A stretch of DNA of 64,000 bases from an uncultured Gemmatimonadaceae bacterium (lineage in GTDB: Bacteria; Gemmatimonadota; Gemmatimonadetes; Gemmatimonadales; Gemmatimonadaceae), in contig CAWBOC010000001.1 of the NCBI GenBank assembly GCA_963790305.1, positions 32,001 to 96,000 of the forward strand, written 5' to 3'. The notes under the pieces were generated by a model. That model saw only the letters and a program-made list of their open reading frames with translations. It was not told where the DNA came from and made no database searches. A program made the position numbers and the translations under genes. Shown piece by piece: positions 9,929-21,193 of this stretch (positions are counted from its first letter, which is position 1; each line of letters starts with the position of its first letter).

Positions 9929-10540
9929 ATGGCCGAAGTGTTCACGGAATACGAAGCATCGGTTCGCGACGAAAGCGGTCGCGAGTTCATTGCACGCGCC
10001 TGCGGCCGTGAATGCGCCGATGGACATTGGGAAGGCTGGCTTGAATTCATCCCGCTCGATGGAGGGGACGTCGTTCGCTCCGCGCGCGAGACGACGCAGC
10101 CGAATCGAGTCGACACCGAATATTGGGCGACTGGTCTCACGCCGATCTATCTCGAGGGAGCGCTGCACCGCGCGGTGGAGCCGGTGCAGGTCGTCGAGCG
10201 CGTGGTCGATGTTCAACCCGCATATGATGCACCTGCGCCCGATCGACCGATCGTGTCCGTATCCGGTACGCGCAGCTCGCGAGCGCGCCCGGTGCTCAAT
10301 CCTTTCGAGGTTTACCAGCAAGGCGAGGATATCCTCCGCGGACAGCTCGGCGCACTCGACGGGCCGCGTCTGCGCGACATCATCCGGGGGTATTCGCTGA
10401 CCGCTGGCGACACGGCCGAGCTGTTGCGCGTGAGCGAGGCTGAGCTGACCGACAGGATCATTGCGGCAGTACGGCGGGCCGACGGGCGCGAGCGCGTTAG
10501 CGAGGAGTCCCCGGACTTAGGTGCTCCTAGGAGCGCTTAA
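9929..10540 (+). CDS. Hypothetical protein
   Basis: RBS GGGGAGG; globular-looking N-terminal domain 'WEGWLEF...RETTQP...YWATGLTPIYLEGAL'. Confidence 0.7.
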   Translation: MAEVFTEYEASVRDESGREFIARACGRECADGHWEGWLEFIPLDGGDVVRSARETTQPNRVDTEYWATGLTPIYLEGALHRAVEPVQVVERVVDVQPAYDAPAPDRPIVSVSGTRSSRARPVLNPFEVYQQGEDILRGQLGALDGPRLRDIIRGYSLTAGDTAELLRVSEAELTDRIIAAVRRADGRERVSEESPDLGAPRSA

Positions 10541-10656
10541 GCCTCCGCGCGGACTGACTGGGACGCGTCAGTTTTCGCAGGCACGCGTCCCGGTCGGCCT
10601 GTGTCTGGCAATAGGGGGAGCTTCGGAGCACAAACCCCAGCCCGAGGCATTCCCCA

Positions 10657-11139
10657 ATGGCAATCACCACCGAAATCGACGAGCCCGTCATCGCGCGCAC
10701 CACGCACCATCGCGAGTTGACGCCGGCAGCGCTCGCGGTCCTGCGCATCGGCGCGGGCCTGCTCTTCATGCAACACGGCCTTCAGAAGCTCTTTGGGATG
10801 TTCGGCGGTTTTGGCGGAACGCCGGGCGCCACCGCGCCCCTCGACTCGCTGATGGGCGTCGCCGGCATTCTGGAACTGGTGGGTGGCGCACTGCTCGTGG
10901 CCGGGCTGTTCGTGCGACCGGTAGCGCTGATCCTTCTGGTCGAGATGGTCGCGGCGTATTTCCAGGCACACCTGCCACAGGGTGGAGTGCCCATTCAGAA
11001 CGGTGGCGAGCTGGCGCTCCTGTACGCCCTGGTCTTCGCGTTCCTGGCCGCACGAGGTGCGGGCCCCGCGAGCGTGGACGCACGACGGCTGCACACGCGT
11101 CATGAGATGGCCAGACGGGAGCGCGTCCGCGCTGCCTAA
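10657..11139 (+). CDS. DoxX family membrane protein
   Basis: 'LRIGAGLLFMQHGLQKLFG', 'ELVGG', 'NGGELA'. Confidence 0.9.
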   Translation: MAITTEIDEPVIARTTHHRELTPAALAVLRIGAGLLFMQHGLQKLFGMFGGFGGTPGATAPLDSLMGVAGILELVGGALLVAGLFVRPVALILLVEMVAAYFQAHLPQGGVPIQNGGELALLYALVFAFLAARGAGPASVDARRLHTRHEMARRERVRAA

Positions 11140-11152
11140 CGTGGGAAGAAGA

Positions 11153-11189
11153 AAACACCGGCCGCATCGAATCGATGCGGCCGGTGTTT
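11153..11189 (+). terminator. Intrinsic terminator
   Basis: 17-bp stem aaacaccggccgcatcg / cgatgcggccggtgttt. Confidence 0.8.
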
Positions 11190-11277
11190 GTATGCCCGTG
11201 GTTCTTCTGAATGGAGCACGCATCCCAGGCGGACCACATCGGCCTCGCCATATCGTCGGACTCGTATGGAGATCAAA

Positions 11278-11736
11278 ATGACCCTGAGAGCGCCAATCCT
11301 CGGACTCGTTCTTTTCCTCGGCTGCGCGACCGGCGCCACGACACAGACTTCCACGACAGACCAGGAAATCATTCAGCTTTCGAAAAACAAATGGCAATGG
11401 ATGGCGGACAAGGACGTGGGCAAACTCGAGCCACTGTTCCATGCCAGGTCAAAGTTTGTGCACATGAGTGGAACATGGAAGAAGGACGAGGAGCTCGACA
11501 TCATCAAAACCGGCAGAATCTGGTACAAGCAGGCTGATGTCCACGATGTGGCCGTAGAAGTGTTCGAGCATACTGCCCTTGTCTGGAGTCGCATCACGCT
11601 ACATGCGATAGTCGGCGGCAACGCCGTCGCGACTGAATTCACCGTAACCGAGGTCTACCAGAGACAAGCCACTGATTGGAAACTATTGGATCTGACATTT
11701 AGCAGCGTACGGGACACGCACCAGATTCGGAAATAG
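11278..11736 (+). CDS. NTF2-like/DUF4440 lipoprotein in an AT-richer islet
   Basis: Lipobox FLGC; 'LSKNKWQWMADK..FVHM...TEVY' pattern; codon usage visibly less GC-rich than neighbours. Confidence 0.8.
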   Translation: MTLRAPILGLVLFLGCATGATTQTSTTDQEIIQLSKNKWQWMADKDVGKLEPLFHARSKFVHMSGTWKKDEELDIIKTGRIWYKQADVHDVAVEVFEHTALVWSRITLHAIVGGNAVATEFTVTEVYQRQATDWKLLDLTFSSVRDTHQIRK

Positions 11737-11885
11737 TTGGGATCCACTTGGATCAACGCGAATGCCAAACACAGTTTCCGCGTTCACCGGGCGGCCAACT
11801 ACAGACATCGTCCTCGCTGCTCAACACTCACTCGTCGCTCGCCGCCCGAGGGTGGCACTCTGGGAAGTCGCCATGGGGAGGTCGC

Positions 11886-11908
11886 AAAAAAGCCCGCTGA
11901 CGCGGGCT
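11886..11908 (-). terminator. Intrinsic terminator of tRNA-Ile
   Basis: agcccgc-tgac-gcgggct stem followed on the minus strand by a U-tract. Confidence 0.8.
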
Positions 11909-11917
11909 AAGTTGTTA

Positions 11918-11991
<74 letters not shown>

Positions 11992-12005
11992 CGGTAGAGA
12001 CGGAA

Positions 12006-12034
12006 AAGTTACGCGGTCGCCGAGGGGGAGTCAA
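12006..12034 (-). promoter_or_regulatory. Sigma70-type promoter for tRNA-Ile, embedded in the 3' end of the OsmC-family gene
   Basis: TTGACT - 17 bp - TAACTT on the minus strand, 14 nt upstream of the tRNA. Confidence 0.65.
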
Positions 12035-12491
12035 CGACGGCACCCGCGGCGGAGAGGCGCGTCGTAATTCGAACGCCCGCGTCGAGCGTGCGGTGCACCG
12101 GACATCGCTCGGCGATCTCGGCGAGCTTCACACGTTGGTCGTGGGTGAGTGGGCCGGCTATCTCGAGGGTGCGCTCAATGTGGTCGAGGCGCGCCGGGCG
12201 ATCCTCGCAGTGCTGTTCGTCGACCACGTGCGAGCGCGAGTGGTGCATATGCACGACGACGCCTTCGAGTGGCCACTTCTTGCGATCGGCGTACATCCGC
12301 AGCGTCATGGCCGTGCAAGCGCCTAACGCGGCGAGGACGAGGTCGTAGGGCGTCGCGCCGGCGTCGCTACCACCCATTTCGCTGGGCTCGTCGGAGACGA
12401 GGGCGTGCCCGCTGGCGTCGATCTCGATCCGATAGCCGGAGCGGCCGATTCGGGCAGTGACGGTTCCTTCGTGAGATTCTGACTGGGTCAT
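12009..12491 (-). CDS. OsmC/YhfA family protein
   Basis: 'DEP...GG.D.GATPYDL..AALGACTAMTLRMYA', 'IAERCPVH'. Confidence 0.92.
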   Translation of the reverse strand: MTQSESHEGTVTARIGRSGYRIEIDASGHALVSDEPSEMGGSDAGATPYDLVLAALGACTAMTLRMYADRKKWPLEGVVVHMHHSRSHVVDEQHCEDRPARLDHIERTLEIAGPLTHDQRVKLAEIAERCPVHRTLDAGVRITTRLSAAGAVVDSPSATA

Positions 12492-12532
12492 GGCGTCACA
12501 GATCGCAGGAAGCGTACGAGGTCACCGTCGGG

Positions 12533-15518
12533 CTACCGGGGGCGCGCAAGCGTGGCGAGTCGCGCGCGCGCACTGTCGACGCGCGGCCGAAACTCCGGAT
12601 CGGCGTCCCGCCATAGCTCGATGAATCGAGCATAGTGTCGCGCTGCCTGAGCACGGTTTCGCAGCCGCTCGTGCACCTCGCCTTGCCGAAGATGGGACAG
12701 GGCCTGCAGCGGAACCTCGGTCACGGTGCCGATGCCGACGGACGCGAACCAGGCGAGCGCCTCAGCGTCGCGACCCAGCGCAGCCAGCACTTCTCCGCGG
12801 AGGAAGCGCTCGTTGGCCCGGCTCACGAAGGGTGTCAGGGTGACCTCGCCTTGCCAGTCCCGCGACTCGAGCGCCTCGAGCAAACGGAGCGCCTCCTCCG
12901 GCCGTCCGTGCTCCCATGCCAGCTGGGCGCGCAGTCCGCGATCCAGATCGCGTACGAGGGAGGTCGCGTTGCCAGACGCGGCCAGACGGTGGAGCGTCGC
13001 CGCAGCCGACGCGGCGCCCGCGCTGTCGCGCAGGCGAGCGGCGAGGATGCCTAACGTGTATTGACGCACGGGCTCGGTCTGGATGGGCCTCCCCAGGCCC
13101 AGCTCTCCGACGAACGTGCCGCGCGAGTGCGCCGGAGCAACCGGAGTCGCCGCGGCGCGGCGACGCACATGTATCATCGTCGAATCCGTGTACGGGAGCG
13201 GCAGCGTGGCGACGAACCATTCCGTCACGGCGTCGAACGCAGGACGCCGCAGCGCTGCCGGAGCTGCGCGCTCCGCGTCGACCGCACGCGCTCGCGTCGC
13301 GTTGCTCGCTGCCGCGCGACCGCCCGCCAGATCGAGCATCGACCCGAGCCAGTGGAGGTCCGCGCGCAGGCCCGAGCTCGGGAAGTCGGTGCTCAATTCC
13401 TCGATCACGTCTCGCATGAGCGAAGGTCGAGGACTGAAGGCCGTGAGAAAGGCCGCGACGCGCAACACGGCGTAGGGCTCCCCCCGCCGGACTTCGCGCG
13501 CGAGGGACAGCGCCGCGGCGGTGTCGCCGCGCGCCACTGCCCGCAGGATAGCCAACTCCTCGAGCCGTCGATCGGTGCGGAGCTCCTCGTCGCTGAACCG
13601 CGTCAACAGGGAGTCGATCGCCGCGGTGCGCCCCGTCGCCGACGCGAGGCGCGCGAGGTGCGTGAGCGCAAAGAGGTTCCTGGGCTCGTACGAGAGCACT
13701 GACCGCCACGCCGCTTCCGATTCTTCAAGCGGCCGACCCAGCAGCGGGCCGTGATGGAACTGGATCTCGCCGAGCTGGAACCATGCGTCGACGTCGTCCG
13801 GATATCGCGCGAGGATGGTGCGATACGCACGCTCGGCCTCGGTCGCGTCACCCGCGCGCCAGCGGCCCAGCGCTTCCAGCAACATGCGGTCGCGTGTAGC
13901 CAATCGCGCGCCGTGTCGAGCCGCCGCGTGCGCGGCGTCCTCGATACCAACGAGGGGCGCCCATTCGCGCGCGAGCGAGAGGCGATAGTGGGCGACGGCG
14001 AACGTAGAGTCGAGCTCGATCGCCACGAGATACGCGTCGGCGGCACGCTCGAATCGCCCCGCGCGCATCTCGTCCTCGCCCTGGAGGTACGCCTTGAACG
14101 CGGGGAGCGACGCCGTCGTGAGCGCCGCAGTCCGCGTTAGGCGACCGGCCGCGGGATCGCCAAGCTCGCCGAGCAGGCGAGCGGCGAGCGCGTCCACAAG
14201 CGCGAAGAGGGAGTCCGCTCGTCCGCTCACCACGGCGCTCGTAGTTGGGCGGGCCACGGCACATCCGTCGCCCCTGGCCGCGCGCCGGAACCACCCGCAC
14301 CGCGCCTCTCCATCGTATACCGCAGCCTCAATGTGGATGACGCCCGCCGACTCGACAACGTCGCCGAGCACGAACATCCCAGCCCCGAGGCGCGCGGCCA
14401 TGCGCGCGCCGTGCAGTGGATCGGGAACGACGCCACCACCTTCAGTGACAGCAGCGAACGTCGCGCGCGAGTCTACGGGCCGCAGCGAACCCGCGCCGTC
14501 GAGCGCCGTGGTCAACAGGTTCACGATGCCATCGCCCAGGTATTGCACCGCATCATCGCCACGCACGGAAAACGGAAACACCGCAATCGCCGTCCTGGAA
14601 GGCGCTGGCGAACGCGCAAACGATGTTTCCCGCCTGAACCACACCGCCGAGAGCACGCCGACGAGCACGAGCGCCGCCACGGTGCGACGCCGCGTCCAGC
14701 GCGGCGGTCGAATGGTTTCGTGAGTCGGAGCGGAGGTGGCGCGATCCTGGGGGAGGTCGGAGACCGGCTGCGGCGCGGGGGCCGTCGACATGCGAGGTGT
14801 CGGCAGCCGGGCCGATTCCGATCGCAGACGGTCGACAAGCTCACGCGTTTCGTCCAGCGGCTCGAGTCCGTCCGGCTCGAGCACGCGCGAGTACAGCTCA
14901 TAGTGTCTGATCGCCTCGGCGCGCTCACCCGCATCCGCGAGCGCCTCGATCAGCCGGTGCTGCGCCTCGTCGTCCGCCGGGTCGCGGGCGGCCCATCGCC
15001 TCAGCGGCTTCGATCGCGCCGCGCAGGTCACCAGCCGCGCGCTTCGCCTCGACGAGATCGCGGCACGCCTGGCGGAATGCCCGCGCGAACTGCGCGCGTC
15101 GGCCGTCGACCCAGTTCTCCCACGGCTTGAGGTCGACGAGGTGAACGCCGTCCAGGAACGGACCTCGATACAGGCCCACCGCCAGCTCGGTGTCGCCGCG
15201 CTCGAGCGCATCGGTGAACAGGTTGGCGTCGGCGCGCACGTCGTCGCGCACGACGAGCTCATGGGCGCGTGAGTCGATCCACTCGCGGTCGCCCATGGCC
15301 CGTCGCGAATGATACAGGCTCTGCCGCAGCGCATGGCGCGCGTTCTCGGCGTCGCTCTCGGGCCAGAACATCGCCGCGAGCGACTCACGCGAGACTCGGC
15401 GCTCGACCGCCAGGTAGATGAAGAGGGCCGCGCGCGAGCGCTGTGCCAGCAGGCGCTCCAGCTCTCCCGCGTCGTCGACGACGTGCAGGCCGCCAAAGGT
15501 GACGAGCCGGACGGCCAC
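12533..15518 (-). pseudogene. SARP/BTAD-TM-TolB_N-like-TPR transmembrane regulator, split by a +1 frameshift near 15003
   Basis: N-part (ORF 14925..15587: LVTFGG, 'LAAMFWPESDAENARHALRQ', 'LYRGPFLDG') continues as 'RRWAARDPADDEAQHRLIEAL' in ORF 12533..15496; removing one G from GCT-G-AGG restores EAARRW. Confidence 0.8.
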
Positions 15519-15710
15519 GGATGCGTCTCCGGAAGTGGGCTGGGTGGATGCGGGCGCGTACGAGGTCCAAGGGTAATGTCGCCTCACGGCTGTGGCAAGA
15601 CCATCTCACCGGCCGCAGGTGACGCCCGCGCGACGAGGGGTGACGCCCCCATGCCGTGGCGCGTGACGGGTCGCGTGCAGCTTCCCGGCGACCCATTTGA
15701 GGAGGATTGC

Positions 15711-16706
15711 ATGCTTCGACGTGACGCGCTCACTCGGATCGCACTCGGTGGCATCGCTGGAGTTGCTGCCTGCGGTGACGCCGCGGGGCCTTTCGCCGCA
15801 GGGGAGCCTCTCCTGCGCTTCGCCGGGAGCTCAAACGATCACACTACGCGGAGGGGGGACACCATGAAGCACCACACCATCACCGGCGGAGGAGGCACCC
15901 TCCTCCACCTCGTCGAAACGGGAAACCCGCGGGGCCAGCCCATCCTTTTCATTCATGGCTTCTCGCAATGCTCGCTTGCCTGGGAGCGGCAGCTGGGCTC
16001 CGGGATCCTGCGGCGGTATCGCCTGGTCACGATGGATATGCGAGGACACGGCTCGTCGGAGCGCCCGGTCGAGGGCTACGCCGACTCGCGGCGTTGGGCG
16101 GATGACGTCGAGGCTGCGATACGCGAGCTGTCACTCGACCAGCCGATCCTCTGCGGGTGGTCGTACGGACCGCTCGTCATCCTCGACTACATTCGCCACT
16201 ACGGTGAAGCGCAGATCGGCGGAATTCATATCGTGGGAGGGATCACGAAGCTCGGAAGCACCAATGCGCTTTCACTGCTGACACCGGAGGTCCTCGGCCT
16301 CGTACCCGGCCTTTTTTCTCGTGACGCGGAGCAGTCCGTCGGCAGCCTCGAGGCACTCGTGCGCCTGTTCTTCGTCAACGAGCCGTCGACCGCCGAGCTC
16401 TACACGATGCTCGGTTGGAACGCCTCGGTCCCGCCGTTCGTCCGCGAGGCGCTGTTTTCGCGAATCATCGACAACGATGATGTGCTGCGGTCGATCCGCA
16501 CACCGGTGCTGATCACGCATGGAAGGGAAGATGCGGTCGTGAAGCTGGACGCTGTCGAGCGGCACCGCGCGCAGCTCCCGCACGCGCAAATTCACATCAT
16601 GCCGAACGCGGGGCACGCAGCGTTCTCGGAGGATGCGGACTCGTTCAACCAACGTCTCGCCGAGTTCTGCGCGGCAGCAAGAGCGGAGCTACCCGCGCAG
16701 CGCTGA
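15711..16706 (+). CDS. Alpha/beta hydrolase (non-heme haloperoxidase-like) with a possible Tat-lipoprotein leader; alternative start at 15864
   Basis: 'LFIHGFSQ', nucleophile elbow GWSYG, 'HGREDAVV', 'NAGHA'; RBSs before both ATG 15711 (GAGGAGG) and ATG 15864 (GGAGGGGG). Confidence 0.85.
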   Translation: MLRRDALTRIALGGIAGVAACGDAAGPFAAGEPLLRFAGSSNDHTTRRGDTMKHHTITGGGGTLLHLVETGNPRGQPILFIHGFSQCSLAWERQLGSGILRRYRLVTMDMRGHGSSERPVEGYADSRRWADDVEAAIRELSLDQPILCGWSYGPLVILDYIRHYGEAQIGGIHIVGGITKLGSTNALSLLTPEVLGLVPGLFSRDAEQSVGSLEALVRLFFVNEPSTAELYTMLGWNASVPPFVREALFSRIIDNDDVLRSIRTPVLITHGREDAVVKLDAVERHRAQLPHAQIHIMPNAGHAAFSEDADSFNQRLAEFCAAARAELPAQR

Positions 16707-16724
16707 CGAGGAGGTCACAACACA

Positions 16725-16754
16725 AACGCCCCGTGCTCTCGAGCACGGGGCGTT
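16725..16754. terminator. Terminator hairpin between the 16S rRNA gene and the convergent hydrolase gene
   Basis: Near-perfect inverted repeat aacgccccgtgctc / gagcacggggcgtt. Confidence 0.8.
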
Positions 16755-16844
16755 GCGTTCAATCGTGTGTGAGTCGTGCGCTGGCGCGACATCCGAGACG
16801 CTTTCGTCGAGCGGCCGAAGCAGCTCGTTTACTCGCGATCTCCG

Positions 16845-18379
<1,535 letters not shown>

Positions 18380-18525
18380 TAGAATTTGATAAGCTCTCCA
18401 AACGCGGCATCAGACACGACGTGTCTGACGTCGCATCCGGAATCAATGATCTCGTGACTTGTTCTCTCCCCACCGCGCACGAGCGCGGCGGTTCATCGAG
18501 AGCCATCGCACGATCTCACACTCGA

Positions 18526-18537
18526 TTGTCAAACAGC
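18526..18537 (-). promoter_or_regulatory. rRNA leader boxA-like antiterminator
   Basis: GCTGTTTGACAA versus consensus GCTCTTTAACA, between the promoter and 16S. Confidence 0.6.
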
Positions 18538-18567
18538 GAGTTTTCCCCACGTGTTCGGGGAACCCTG

Positions 18568-18595
18568 ATTATAGTCGAGTCCGGCGCGAGTTCAA
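18568..18595 (-). promoter_or_regulatory. rRNA promoter
   Basis: TTGAAC - 16 bp - TATAAT (the 16-bp spacer is typical of rrn P1). Confidence 0.85.
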
Positions 18596-18607
18596 GGTGG
18601 AAAACCC

Positions 18608-18643
18608 AAGGGCGCTAAGAGCGCTAGGAGCGCTAAGGGCGCT
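18608..18643. repeat. 9-mer tandem repeat (AAGGGCGCT-type) x4, left arm
   Basis: aagggcgct aagagcgct aggagcgct aagggcgct. Confidence 0.85.
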
Positions 18644-18825
18644 TACGGCCTCACCGTATCTCGAACCGTATCGCGTACTGTATCACGAACGGTATCGCGT
18701 ACCGTATCCGTCCCCGTTCGTATCCTCACCGTCGTGTCGCTCCCGCCGTCGCGACGCTCGCAGGCGGCAACAGCCAATACTGAAAACGTAGCGACCACCA
18801 TCGACAGCATGCGCGTGCGACTCAT
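18643..18825 (-). CDS. 60-aa lipoprotein with tandem DTVR repeats
   Basis: RBS GGAGGAG, lipobox VAAC, five DTVR units encoded by synonymously diverged 12-bp repeats. Confidence 0.7.
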   Translation of the reverse strand: MSRTRMLSMVVATFSVLAVAACERRDGGSDTTVRIRTGTDTVRDTVRDTVRDTVRDTVRP

Positions 18826-18853
18826 CGCTCCTCCATGCTCGAGCTGTGATCCT

Positions 18854-18891
18854 CAGCGCCCCTGGCGCCCCTAGCGCCCACAGCGCCCTTA
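18854..18891. repeat. 9-mer tandem repeat (AGCGCCCCT-type) x4, inverted right arm
   Basis: cagcgcccctggcgcccctagcgcccacagcgcccttag; reverse complement of the 18608 array. Confidence 0.8.
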
Positions 18892-19212
18892 GTCATCGTA
18901 CCTCGGCGGATGCCCGGGCTTCGGCCGGTGCTCCTCCTCATCATCGTACTCATCGTCGAGCTCGATGAGATCGTCGTCGAGATCGAGGTCATCGTCGTCG
19001 TCGTCATCGTCGTCGTCGAGATCGTCGTCGTCGAGGTCGTCATCGTCCTCGTCCTCGTCGAGATCGAACTCGTCGTCGAACTCATCATCATCCAGATCGT
19101 CATCGTCCTCCTCGTCGAGATCGTCGTCCTCGTCGAGTGGCTCCTCGTCCAGGTCGTCGTCGCTGCGCCCTGGTGCCCGCGCCGCCGTCAACGACTCGAA
19201 CTCGCCTGACAT
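18889..19212 (-). CDS. Hyper-acidic, intrinsically disordered 107-aa protein
   Basis: RBS GAGG, ATG start, follows typA on the same strand; 61 of the central 77 residues are D/E. Confidence 0.7.
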   Translation of the reverse strand: MSGEFESLTAARAPGRSDDDLDEEPLDEDDDLDEEDDDDLDDDEFDDEFDLDEDEDDDDLDDDDLDDDDDDDDDDLDLDDDLIELDDEYDDEEEHRPKPGHPPRYDD

Positions 19213-19245
19213 AACCTCGATCTCCTTGGAGAATGGTTCCGATGA

Positions 19246-21087
19246 CTAGAGCGACGCGCGCTCCCGCTCGCGCTTCGCCTCGCGACTCAGCTTCTTCCGA
19301 TCATTCGCCTTCAGCATGCGCTTCCGCAGACGAATGGACTGCGGCGTGATCTCGATGAGCTCGTCGTCCTCGATGTACTCCAGGGCGCCTTCCAAAGTCA
19401 ACTCCCGCGGCGGCTCGAGCTGAATGTTCTCGTCGCTCGCCGTGGTGCGCATGTTCGTCAGTTTCTTTTCCTTGGTCGGATTGACGTCCAGATCGCCCGG
19501 CCGCGAGTTCTCCCCGATGATCATCCCCTCGTACACCGGCGTGCCGGGCGCCACGAACATCGTCGAGCGCTCCGACAGGTTGAAGAGGGCGAACGCCACC
19601 GCCACCCCATTCTCCATCGAGACGTACGTCCCGCGCTTGCGCCCCGCAAGCGGACCGGCCCACGGTCCGTAATCCAGAAAGCGATGGTGCAGGATTCCGG
19701 TTCCCCGTGTATCGGTCAGAAATTCGGAGCGGTACCCGAATAACCCGCGGGCGGGAATGCGATACAACAATCGCACCATCCCCTCCCCGGGATTCTTCAT
19801 CTCGATCATCTCAGCCCGGCGGGGCCCGACCTTCTCCATCACGGCGCCGAGGTACTCCTCGGGTAGATCGATCGCCAGCTCTTCGTACGGCTCGAGCAGC
19901 TCGCCCCGGGACCCCTCCCGCGTGATCACGCGCGGACGCGACACCTGAAACTCGTACCCCTCGCGGCGCATCGTCTCCATGAGGATCGACAGATGCAGCT
20001 CGCCCCGCCCCGAGACCTTCCACGTGTCGGTCGACTCGGTGTCCTCGACGCGAAGGGCGACGTTGCGCTCCAGCTCGCGGTAGAGACGCTCACGAACCTG
20101 CCGCGAGGTCACGAACTTCCCTTCCTTGCCGGCGAAGGGTGAGTTGTTGACGATCACGTCGACGGAGATGGTGGGCTCCTCCACGGCGATGCCCTCGAGC
20201 CGATCGGGATGCTCGACGTCCGCGACCGTCAGCCCGATCTCGACGCCCTCGAGGCCGGCCAGGCAGACGATCTCACCGGCGTCGGCCGTCTGCAGCTCGA
20301 CGCGTTCGAGCCCCTCGAATCCGAACAGCCTGGTCACACGAGCCTGCTCGATGGGTCGCGAAGGCTCGAGGGGCAGCAGCGCGACCTGCTCGCCGACGCG
20401 CACCTTGCCGCGCTCGATGCGTCCGATGCCCATGCGCCCGAGGTAAGGCGAGTAGTCGATGGTCGACACCAGCATCTGAAAGGGCTGCGTCGCGTCGCTC
20501 GGCGGCGGCGGCACGTGGTCGATGATCGACTGGAACAGCGGGGTGAGATCGGTCAGCGGTTTGTCGAGATCGAGCGTGGCGGTGCCGTCCCGCGCCGAGG
20601 CATAGACGACGGGCGCGTCGAGCTGCGCATGATCGGCTTCGAGCTCGATGAGGAGATCGAGCACCTCATCGTGGACACGCATCGGGTCGGCGCCCGGCCG
20701 GTCGATCTTGTTGATCACGACGATCGGCCGGCGACCCAGGCCGAGGGCTTTCCCAAGTACGAATCGCGTCTGGGGCATCGGCCCATCGAACGCGTCGACG
20801 ACGAGCAACACACCGTCGACCATGCGAAGGATGCGCTCGACCTCGCCGCCAAAGTCGGCGTGGCCGGGCGTGTCGACAATGTTGATCTTGACGCCCCCCC
20901 ATCTCACGGAGGTATTCTTGGCGAGGATCGTGATGCCCCGCTCGCGCTCCAGCGGGTTAGAATCCATCACGCGCTCCTGCACCACCTGGTTCTCGCGAAA
21001 GGCGCCGGCCTGGCGCAGCATCTTGTCGACGAGGGTGGTCTTGCCGTGATCGACGTGAGCAATGATGGCAATGTTGCGAATCTGCAT
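19246..21087 (-). CDS. typA: Translational GTPase TypA/BipA
   Basis: '[18 protein letters not shown]', '[14 protein letters not shown]', 'GRGELHL', 'KKLTNMR'. Confidence 0.98.
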   Translation of the reverse strand: MQIRNIAIIAHVDHGKTTLVDKMLRQAGAFRENQVVQERVMDSNPLERERGITILAKNTSVRWGGVKINIVDTPGHADFGGEVERILRMVDGVLLVVDAFDGPMPQTRFVLGKALGLGRRPIVVINKIDRPGADPMRVHDEVLDLLIELEADHAQLDAPVVYASARDGTATLDLDKPLTDLTPLFQSIIDHVPPPPSDATQPFQMLVSTIDYSPYLGRMGIGRIERGKVRVGEQVALLPLEPSRPIEQARVTRLFGFEGLERVELQTADAGEIVCLAGLEGVEIGLTVADVEHPDRLEGIAVEEPTISVDVIVNNSPFAGKEGKFVTSRQVRERLYRELERNVALRVEDTESTDTWKVSGRGELHLSILMETMRREGYEFQVSRPRVITREGSRGELLEPYEELAIDLPEEYLGAVMEKVGPRRAEMIEMKNPGEGMVRLLYRIPARGLFGYRSEFLTDTRGTGILHHRFLDYGPWAGPLAGRKRGTYVSMENGVAVAFALFNLSERSTMFVAPGTPVYEGMIIGENSRPGDLDVNPTKEKKLTNMRTTASDENIQLEPPRELTLEGALEYIEDDELIEITPQSIRLRKRMLKANDRKKLSREAKRERERASL

Positions 21088-21193
21088 AGACCGATAAAGA
21101 TATCGGGGCTCCTGTCCCGCCTACAAGCGCGACAGGTGAATGGCACGGACGGTGCGGCGTTCGTGCGCGTGTCTCATTCGCTGGAGGTGCGCC

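Noticed and set aside
11221..11230. CCCAGGC resembling the tRNA-Ile 3' end as an att site
   Set aside because: Only 7 bp, wrong orientation for a direct repeat, and no integrase
14995..15010. Programmed ribosomal frameshift in the SARP gene
   Set aside because: No slippery heptamer or homopolymer; a single-base insertion is the simpler explanation
18910..19249. Poly-Ser and poly-Val/Ile ORFs on the plus strand
   Set aside because: Antisense shadows of the GAC/GAG-rich acidic gene, which has the RBS and operon context
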